Below are positions 16,934 to 23,893 of a DNA stretch of 27,111 nt, in pieces. Origin of the DNA: Thermoplasmatota archaeon (lineage in GTDB: Archaea > Thermoplasmatota > Penumbrarchaeia > Penumbrarchaeales > Penumbrarchaeaceae); the NCBI GenBank assembly GCA_029762535.1, contig JARVGK010000040.1:1-27111 (forward strand), read 5' to 3'. A program made the position numbers and the translations under genes. Positions within the stretch are counted from its first letter, which is position 1. Each line of letters opens with the position of its first letter. Under the pieces are notes generated by a model. The model worked only from the letters and a program-made list of their open reading frames with translations, made no database searches and was not told where the DNA came from.

Positions 16934-17644
16934 TCACACCCCGGAATAGTCCTCTCCCTCTCCCAATGAGGAAGGGGATAACCTCTTCTTGAATAGGAAC
17001 GAAAGGTTCCTCCAGCCGTCCTTGAACGTGGAGAGCTTCTTCTCCCCCGCTCTCATGCGATATGGTACGGAGATCTCCATGCTCCTTATTCGATCGTTGG
17101 TGAAGACCTCTATCTTGATCTCCTCGGAAAGAGGCATCCCATCCGATGTCAGGGTAAGTTCACGCAGGACCTCCTTCCTGAATACCCACATCCCCGTCTG
17201 GGAGTCGCTGAGCCTTGTCCCGAACAGCACGTTGGTGACCGCTTTGAGCAACCAATTCCCGAAGGCATGTGTAAGGGTGAAAGCGCCTTTCTCCGCCTTC
17301 TTGATCCTGTCGCAAGAGATGAAATCCAGGTTCCCGGACTCGAGAGCGGACACCAGCTCCTGGATCATCTCGGCCGGATATGTCGTGTCCCCGTCAAGCG
17401 TCACTATGATATCGCCTTTCGCCTCCTTGAAGCCGGTCTTGTATGCGCGCCCGTATCCGCGACGGGTCTCCTCTATGACCCTCGCACCTTTGGATACGGC
17501 GATCTCTCTGGTGCGGTCCTTCGACAGACCGTCGATGATGGCGATCTCCATGTCGGGTGACCTTGGGACCTGGTCAAGAGTCTCCCCTATGGACTCTTCC
17601 TCGTTCAGCGTCGGTATGAGGACGCTTATGCGGACATTCTCCAT
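16934..17644 (-). CDS. GT2 glycosyltransferase, dolichol/polyprenol-phosphate glycosyltransferase (Dpm1-like), 236 aa
   Basis: ISVLIPTLNEE, IDGLSKDRT, GYGRAYKTG, TLDGD (DxD), DSQTGM, EISVPYRMRAGEKKL. Confidence 0.92.
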   Translation of the reverse strand: MENVRISVLIPTLNEEESIGETLDQVPRSPDMEIAIIDGLSKDRTREIAVSKGARVIEETRRGYGRAYKTGFKEAKGDIIVTLDGDTTYPAEMIQELVSALESGNLDFISCDRIKKAEKGAFTLTHAFGNWLLKAVTNVLFGTRLSDSQTGMWVFRKEVLRELTLTSDGMPLSEEIKIEVFTNDRIRSMEISVPYRMRAGEKKLSTFKDGWRNLSFLFKKRLSPSSLGEGEDYSGV

Positions 17645-17728
17645 CGGGTCCGATGTAACGTCAAAACCGATTTATACTTTGGCATGGCGCATCCGAAACA
17701 TAGAATTATCAAGGCGTTCTTTCAGCCG

Positions 17729-18967
17729 ATGATGAGCCCTGAGAAGTCCAAGCTGCGCATGTCCCATGTGCGTATCACGCTGCAGGGGCTCTTCTTCATC
17801 GTTGCGGTCCTCGGGGTCTTCGGCATCGCCATGACCGGATTCATCTATCCGTTCTTCTTCTGCCCGGCAAGCCCCGGCGCATGCGCGGGCTGCCCTATTT
17901 GGGTCCTCGAGCACGGCGTTCTGGAGATATCCTCCGGCTCCGTCAACGGCCCCTACATGATCTTCTATCTCATAGGGATGTTCCTCGTCATAGGCATTCT
18001 GGTGGGAAGGTCATTCTGCGGTCTGGCATGCCCAATGGGAACTCTCCAGGACATCTACTCCTTCTTGAAGCGCAAGGCAGCGAGCCGATACCGCATGGGC
18101 ATGCTGGCATTTGCATCGCTCCTGTTGCTGGTGATCGGTACGGCCGGCCCGTACATCGCCGATAAGACGGGCTTGGAGCCCTTGCTGTACATGTGGATGG
18201 GTTACGTGGGCGCCATAGGCTCCTTCCTCCTTGCCCTCTGGGGTTTCATCATCGTCATGCGCGGGCGGAGGATATGGGCTTCCTTATCATTCATCGCCGC
18301 CTCGATCATGCTCAGGGCCATGGTCTACGTGGCGGAACGCTCCGGGATCGAGGGAACGCCCCTCTCGAGCCTCGAGTTCATGGGCCTCCTTTCACTTATG
18401 GCCCTGATAATAGGCCTGGTCGGCCTTGTCCGCTTCGCCTTGAAGGACAGAAGGATACAACTGAGGTCCGGTGCGGGAGCGGACAGATGGCTGAGGCTCG
18501 TAAAGGTTGGCCTGCTCATAGCCGTCGCACCATCCACATACATATTCGACACCCTGGCGTTCACCGATATAGACCCGATAGGCGCCATCACGGCCACCAT
18601 CCCCGAGCTGTTCCTCAACCCGAACGCCTGGAGCGCGAACCAATTCTTCTGGCTGAAGATGGTCTTCGCGGTGACCGTCCTGGCCCTTGTGGCGGTCGTC
18701 GATCGCGGCTGGTGCAGGTACCTGTGTCCCATCGGAGCGATGTACGGTCCCACGAACAAGATATCGATAAGCGACATACATTTCGATGCCCAAAAGTGCA
18801 TACACTGCCAGAGATGCATATCTGCCTGCCCCATGGGGATCAACCCCAAGGAGGACAAGACCGATCCGGAATGCATCAGATGCATGAGATGTATAGACGC
18901 CTGCCCGGTCGCCGCACAGCGTCTCGTGCCGGTCAATGCAACGCTCGGGAGGTGGGCCTCACGATGA
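17729..18967 (+). CDS. Polytopic membrane 4Fe-4S-binding protein (NapH/FixG/RdxA-like polyferredoxin), ~412 aa
   Basis: CPASPGACAGCP; two CxxxCP motifs (GRSFCGLACPMG, RGWCRYLCPIG); C-terminal 2x CxxCxxCxxxCP; ~8-9 hydrophobic segments. Start uncertain (17684, 17729 or 17732). Confidence 0.88.
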   Translation: MMSPEKSKLRMSHVRITLQGLFFIVAVLGVFGIAMTGFIYPFFFCPASPGACAGCPIWVLEHGVLEISSGSVNGPYMIFYLIGMFLVIGILVGRSFCGLACPMGTLQDIYSFLKRKAASRYRMGMLAFASLLLLVIGTAGPYIADKTGLEPLLYMWMGYVGAIGSFLLALWGFIIVMRGRRIWASLSFIAASIMLRAMVYVAERSGIEGTPLSSLEFMGLLSLMALIIGLVGLVRFALKDRRIQLRSGAGADRWLRLVKVGLLIAVAPSTYIFDTLAFTDIDPIGAITATIPELFLNPNAWSANQFFWLKMVFAVTVLALVAVVDRGWCRYLCPIGAMYGPTNKISISDIHFDAQKCIHCQRCISACPMGINPKEDKTDPECIRCMRCIDACPVAAQRLVPVNATLGRWASR

Positions 18968-19608
18968 GGAACAGGGACCCGCTGCCGAGATACGGCTCCA
19001 GACCGGGGTTCAACGCTCTGGTCCCCATCATGCTCGTGGCATTGATGACCGGGGCCCCTGCGCTCGCCGTTTTTTCCTATTCGGGCGGCTACAGCGAGGT
19101 GCAGAGGCTTGCCACCATCAGATGCCTGGGCTGCCTGGGCCTTGATCCGCAGATCCCCGGATTCACTTCCTTCTGGACCGAATACCCCCAAGGACATATA
19201 AAGAAGGGGGAGGAGGTCCCCCACCCCCGATTCGTCACCCAGGTCCTGGACTCGGAAGAAGTGGACCTTCTCATACTGTTCTACTGGGCCCAGGGCTGCG
19301 TCCCGTGCTCCGAGCAGTGGGACGAGATGGTGGAGGAGGGAATAGCATCAGGCCCCGAGGATGGAGGCAGGGAAGGTACTAAATACGCCGGGTTGAGGCT
19401 CTATTCGATCGATGCCAACGAGGACCCGAACGGCCTTTACCCGACATACATCCCCACCGGAAGGGAGAACGGGGTTCCGATGACGACCTTCATATTCCGC
19501 ATGGATGATGATATAATTAGGTGGTACTCCCATTACGGAAAGATGGAGGTCGATGACGTTTCGGGGATGATGGACAGGATAATGTACGGCCACATATCCC
19601 ACGGATGA
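18964..19608 (+). CDS. Membrane-anchored thioredoxin-fold protein with an extra N-terminal CxxC motif, 214 aa
   Basis: ATGA overlap with the polyferredoxin stop; GGAGGTG RBS; TM ALVPIMLVALMTGAPALAVF; ATIRCLGCLGL; LILFYWAQGCVPC; GVPMT cis-Pro loop. Confidence 0.8.
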   Translation: MRNRDPLPRYGSRPGFNALVPIMLVALMTGAPALAVFSYSGGYSEVQRLATIRCLGCLGLDPQIPGFTSFWTEYPQGHIKKGEEVPHPRFVTQVLDSEEVDLLILFYWAQGCVPCSEQWDEMVEEGIASGPEDGGREGTKYAGLRLYSIDANEDPNGLYPTYIPTGRENGVPMTTFIFRMDDDIIRWYSHYGKMEVDDVSGMMDRIMYGHISHG

Positions 19609-19670
19609 GGGTGGCCAAGGCATTATAAAGATTAATATACGCTCAATGATTGTCCTTTCTGGTATATGGC

Positions 19671-21605
19671 ATGCGGGGAAGCGTCAAGGGCGAAGCGGGC
19701 ACACTGAAGAAGGACCTGGGACTTTTAGAGGTCTTCACCATAGCCTCCGGCGCCATGATCTCCTCAGGCCTTTTCATCCTTCCTGGAATTGCTTTCGCTC
19801 AAGCGGGTCCCGTGATATTCCTGTCGTATCTTCTGGCGGGATTCGTCATGCTGCCAACGATGCTGTCCATGGCCGAGCTCTCCACGGCTATGCCCAAGGC
19901 GGGAGGGGACTATTTCTACATTGACCGAAGCATGGGCCCGATAATAGGCACCATAAGCGGGTTCGCGTCGTGGACGTCATTGAACCTGAAGATAGCCTTC
20001 TCTCTTCTGGGGATCGGCATATTCACATCCCTGATACATCCAGCGATAGACGGCATCTACGTCAAGCTCATAGCGGTCCTCTTCTGCCTGGTCTTCATGT
20101 TCATAAACATCAAAGGGGTCAAGCATGCAGGCAAGAGCCAGGACCTGATCGTGATCGCTCTGCTGACTTTGTTGGCGATCTATATAGGGATCGGAATGTT
20201 CTTCTTGAAGCCCGGCAACTTCTCCCCCCTGGCGCCGGAGGGCCGTGCTGCGGTGCTGTCCACGGCCGGCCTGGTCTTCGTCTCGTACATGGGACTGACC
20301 AAAGTATGCAGCGTATCCGAGGAGATACGCAGCCCCGGACGCAACATCCCCCTTGGAATGATGCTCGCATGGCTCGTGGTCACACTGCTCTACGTTCTGA
20401 CCACGATAGTGACGGTCGGCTTGGCGGACCCATCGGAGCTTGCGGGTTCCAAGATCCCCATATCCCTCGGGGCGAGCGCTTTCCTCGGCCGCGCGGGCTT
20501 GATGGTCATGGCCGCGGCGGCCATACTCGCCTTCGTATCCACGGCCAACTCGGGGATACTCTCATCCTCGAGGTATCCCTTCGCCATGAGCAGGGACCAT
20601 CTTCTGCCTCCACGGCTCTCCGGAGTATCGAAGAACGGGATCCCGGTCCTCGCCGTGGTGGTCACCGCTTCGATCATGATAATCGTGATAATGTTCTTCG
20701 ACGTCGCCAGGATAGCCAAGTTCGCATCCGCCCTGGTCCTGCTCATGTTCTGCTTCGTCAACCTCTCAGTCATCATGATGAGGGAGGGCAGGATCAGATG
20801 CTACAGACCAAAGTTCAAAGCCCCCCTCTACCCATGGATCCAGATCGGAGCGGTGCTCGTGAACCTTACCCTGATCGTGATGATGGGATACACGGCCGTG
20901 GGATTGGTCGTGATATTCATACTTCTGGGGCTGGTGTGGTACTTTCTCTATTCCAGGGGTAAGATCAAGAGGGAGTATGGACTGCTGCACGTCATAGAGA
21001 GGGTGATGGGGATCAAGCAGACGAGCTATATGGTGGACGAGGAGCTCAGGGAGATCATTATCGAACGCGACCATATAAGCGAGAGGAATTTCGAGGACAT
21101 ACTCCGCACATGCGACATAGTGGACCTGTACAAGTTCCTGTCACCTGTCAGATTCGCCCATCTGCTTGCCGAAAGGATCGCCTACAGGTCGGGGGAGAGG
21201 GAGGCGAGCGTCTTCAAATATATTCTGAAGAAGGAGGCCGATTCGGACATCATGGTACATCCAGGCATCGCCATTGTGATGATCAGGCTCAGGGGCAGGA
21301 GAAAGTTCCACATGATGATGGCGAGGAGCAAGAAGGGATTCATCATATCCAGGGACCAGGACCCGATCCACGCCTTCATCGTTATGGCGGCGACGCGGGA
21401 CAGGAAGAGCTTCTATCTCCACGCGCTCATGTGGCTCCTTCAGATATCGGAGGGAAAGGATTTCCGCAGAAAATGGATCGATGCAAATAACACCGAGGAA
21501 CTTCGCCTGGTCGTGTTGGATTCGTGGAACGAAGCAGGGAGAGGGAGGCATATATCTGACCTTTCCCCCGAGGGCAGGGGAGTGGAATTCCCGATGCCGC
21601 CCTGA
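19671..21605 (+). CDS. APC-superfamily amino acid permease fused to a C-terminal PTS EIIA(Fru/Ntr)-like domain, ~644 aa
   Basis: LKKDLGL, GAMISSGLFILPG, AELSTAMPKAGGDY, SVSEEIRSPGRNIP, SRYPFAMSRD, ~12 TM; C-terminal EIIA-like segment GIAI...PIHAFIVM...YLHAL...DFRRKWIDANNTEEL. Confidence 0.9.
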   Translation: MRGSVKGEAGTLKKDLGLLEVFTIASGAMISSGLFILPGIAFAQAGPVIFLSYLLAGFVMLPTMLSMAELSTAMPKAGGDYFYIDRSMGPIIGTISGFASWTSLNLKIAFSLLGIGIFTSLIHPAIDGIYVKLIAVLFCLVFMFINIKGVKHAGKSQDLIVIALLTLLAIYIGIGMFFLKPGNFSPLAPEGRAAVLSTAGLVFVSYMGLTKVCSVSEEIRSPGRNIPLGMMLAWLVVTLLYVLTTIVTVGLADPSELAGSKIPISLGASAFLGRAGLMVMAAAAILAFVSTANSGILSSSRYPFAMSRDHLLPPRLSGVSKNGIPVLAVVVTASIMIIVIMFFDVARIAKFASALVLLMFCFVNLSVIMMREGRIRCYRPKFKAPLYPWIQIGAVLVNLTLIVMMGYTAVGLVVIFILLGLVWYFLYSRGKIKREYGLLHVIERVMGIKQTSYMVDEELREIIIERDHISERNFEDILRTCDIVDLYKFLSPVRFAHLLAERIAYRSGEREASVFKYILKKEADSDIMVHPGIAIVMIRLRGRRKFHMMMARSKKGFIISRDQDPIHAFIVMAATRDRKSFYLHALMWLLQISEGKDFRRKWIDANNTEELRLVVLDSWNEAGRGRHISDLSPEGRGVEFPMPP

Positions 21606-21634
21606 TCCTTTCGGCCATCCCCTCCCCACTCCGG

Positions 21635-21642
21635 TTTATAAT
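21635..21642 (+). promoter_or_regulatory. TATA box for a probably leaderless transcript starting at ATG 21665
   Basis: TTTATAAT ending 23 nt before the ATG; no RBS. Confidence 0.6.
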
Positions 21643-21664
21643 ATGGCCATCGGATAGCTGGTCC

Positions 21665-21892
21665 ATGGGAAGGACATGCCCAACCTACAGGATGCTCCTC
21701 GAGTTCGAGATCGACGGATGGAGAGACTATTCCAGATCGCTTGAGGGCAGGGACAAAGAAGCCCTCGAATGGCTCTTCGACGCGGCCAGAAGGCGCGCCA
21801 GCGCCTGCGGTGCCGCCTGCAGGCTAAACCCTTTCGAGGCCATGATCATGGCCTTTATGGTATCCATCGAGTCGCTTGAGATGGAAAAATAA
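21665..21892 (+). CDS. Small conserved archaeal alpha-helical protein resembling the PolB2-associated family (arCOG07300-like), 75 aa
   Basis: MGRTCPTYR...W..Y.RSL...DKEA...LFD.AR..ASA.G......PFEAMIM matches, from memory, the MGRTxPS/TY/FR family. Confidence 0.7.
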   Translation: MGRTCPTYRMLLEFEIDGWRDYSRSLEGRDKEALEWLFDAARRRASACGAACRLNPFEAMIMAFMVSIESLEMEK

Positions 21893-21934
21893 CATATAGG
21901 GATACCGCGTGGACCCACTGCAGGTCTGATATTG

Positions 21935-22378
21935 ATGTCCATCAAAAAAGGTGACAAGGTAAGGATAGAGTACGTCGGATGGCTGGAGGACGGAACGGTG
22001 TTCGACCGGGCCGACGACCCCGACGAGCCGTTCATCTTCACGTTCGGGACGGGGGAGGTCATACCCGCTTTCGAGGAATCGTTGAAGGACATGAAGGCTG
22101 GCGAGGAGAAGGATATCGTCCTTGAGCCAGAGGACGCCTACGGCGACCCCGACCCGAACCTGATAAGGTCCGTTCCCAGGTCGCAGTTCCCGCCGGAACC
22201 GGGCGTCGAGGAGGGGAGCATGGTGTTATTGACCCTGCCCGAGGGCGAGGAGATCCCCGCGGTCGTATGCGGGATGGACGAGGAGTCCATAGTTCTGGAC
22301 CTCAATCATCCCCTGTCCGGCATGAAATTGCGTTTCAAGCTGACGCTCAAGGAGATCATATCCTCGAAGAAGGATTGA
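21935..22378 (+). CDS. slyD: FKBP-type peptidyl-prolyl cis-trans isomerase (SlyD-like, with insert-in-flap domain, no His-rich tail), 147 aa
   Basis: KKGDKVRIEYVG.LEDGTVFD, GEVIPAFEE, PEDAYG, LDLNHPLSG.KLRF. Confidence 0.92.
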   Translation: MSIKKGDKVRIEYVGWLEDGTVFDRADDPDEPFIFTFGTGEVIPAFEESLKDMKAGEEKDIVLEPEDAYGDPDPNLIRSVPRSQFPPEPGVEEGSMVLLTLPEGEEIPAVVCGMDEESIVLDLNHPLSGMKLRFKLTLKEIISSKKD

Positions 22379-23882
22379 CGGCCTGGAACACGATCTCATC
22401 GTGCCTATTCCCGTCCACAACATGATGGTCCTTCAGCACACCCACCTCGGCGAATCCACAGCCTTTCATGGCCTTTATCGAGGCAGTGTTCTCCACGGCC
22501 GCAGTGGCCGTGACCGAACGTAGCATCTTGCGTTCGAAGGCGATCCCCAGAAGCATGCTGACCATCCTTTTCCCGTAACCCCTGCCCCGATCCCCGTTCC
22601 CACCCACCAGGCAGGATAACTCCGCGGTCGAGCTTTCCTGGTCGATGGAATATAGTGATCCGAACCCTATCGGACGGCCCGATGACTTCTCTTTTATGAA
22701 AAGGTCCACATCCCCCCTATCGGCAACAAGCATGTCCTCTACGAGATCGTCCATGTTCACGATCGTCTTCGGGGAATCCATGTACCTCGACACTTCAACA
22801 TCGTTGAACCAGTCGCGGATCGTGTTCAGATGCTCGTAGCGGGGGGCGATCCCCAAAAGAACGCCGTCATCGATGATCACCCTCTCCCCGGAGGAGGTTA
22901 TCGGCGTGATGGAATACCTCTTCAGGGCCGTATCGAGAATGCGGTTGACCATCGCCTTGTAGTCCATACCCGCAGCCCTGGAGCTCCTTGCGAACCCGGA
23001 ATCCGCGTTGATCCCCGGGTTGGGGTTGGCCTCGAGAACGTAGGGGGTACCGTCCTTCAATCGTATGTCCACCCTCGCATAGTCGTTGAGGCCCATGATC
23101 CTGAACACTTCCATGGCGGTCTTCTTGACCCTGGCCTCGGTCTCCCCTGTGAGGTCGGCCGGGCAGACCCCCCGGGTCGCCCTGTACGAGGCGGAATCCT
23201 CCAGCCATTTGGATTCGTAATCAACGATCTTCGGTTCGCCCCTTGGAATGTCGAACACTATCTCCGATACGGGCAGCGGCATCAGTTCTGACCCGTTCCC
23301 GATGACCGAGACGTTCAGCTCTCGACCGTCTATGTATTCCTCAACGAGAGCCGGCTGGTCGTAATTGGATATAACGTGATCGATCCTCTTCAGCAGGTCC
23401 AGGCGGTTAGTGACGATGGATTCCTTGGATATCCCCACCGAGGCGTCTTCCCTTATAGGTTTGACTATCAGGGGGAATACAAGTTCGGGGTTGAGCTTCT
23501 GGGAGGAGGCGAAGAACACCTGATAGTTGGGCGTCGGGATGCGGTTCGCGACCAGGACCTGCTTCGTCCTCATCTTGTTCAGGCTCATGCCCAGGGCCAG
23601 AGGTCCGGACCCGGTATAGGGAATGCCCATCAATTCGAGAAGGCCAGCGATCCAAAACTCTCCCTGCGCCCTCTCTCCATACCCCTCACAAAGGTTGATA
23701 ATGATGTCGAAGCTCGACCTGTCCAGTTTTCCGAACAGCTTTTGCCTGACCCGGACCGGAACGACATCGTGTCGATCGAGGAGGGATTTCCTTACATGAC
23801 CGACGGTCTGGAGTATCTCGTTGACGGATACGGCCTCATCCCCCGCATCATCAACTACATTGTAAAGGACGCCTATCTTCAA
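22356..23882 (-). CDS. Fusion: D-Ala-D-Ala-ligase-like ATP-grasp + RimJ/RimL/SpeG-type GNAT acetyltransferase, 508 aa
   Basis: TTG start 23882 (MKIGVLYN) after GAGGGGGG, 11 nt downstream of the previous stop; NLCEG, IPYTGSG, PLIVKPIREDASVGI, LVEEYIDGRE, DYESKW, YARVDIR, LEANPNP; GNAT motifs RGRGYG and ENTASIK...GF..VG. Confidence 0.9.
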   Translation of the reverse strand: MKIGVLYNVVDDAGDEAVSVNEILQTVGHVRKSLLDRHDVVPVRVRQKLFGKLDRSSFDIIINLCEGYGERAQGEFWIAGLLELMGIPYTGSGPLALGMSLNKMRTKQVLVANRIPTPNYQVFFASSQKLNPELVFPLIVKPIREDASVGISKESIVTNRLDLLKRIDHVISNYDQPALVEEYIDGRELNVSVIGNGSELMPLPVSEIVFDIPRGEPKIVDYESKWLEDSASYRATRGVCPADLTGETEARVKKTAMEVFRIMGLNDYARVDIRLKDGTPYVLEANPNPGINADSGFARSSRAAGMDYKAMVNRILDTALKRYSITPITSSGERVIIDDGVLLGIAPRYEHLNTIRDWFNDVEVSRYMDSPKTIVNMDDLVEDMLVADRGDVDLFIKEKSSGRPIGFGSLYSIDQESSTAELSCLVGGNGDRGRGYGKRMVSMLLGIAFERKMLRSVTATAAVENTASIKAMKGCGFAEVGVLKDHHVVDGNRHDEIVFQAVNPSSRI

Positions 23883-23893
23883 TCGATCCCCCC

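Noticed and set aside
17729-19608. Selenocysteine/pyrrolysine read-through in the redox genes
   Set aside because: All redox motifs are complete with Cys, and the stops fall at natural domain ends
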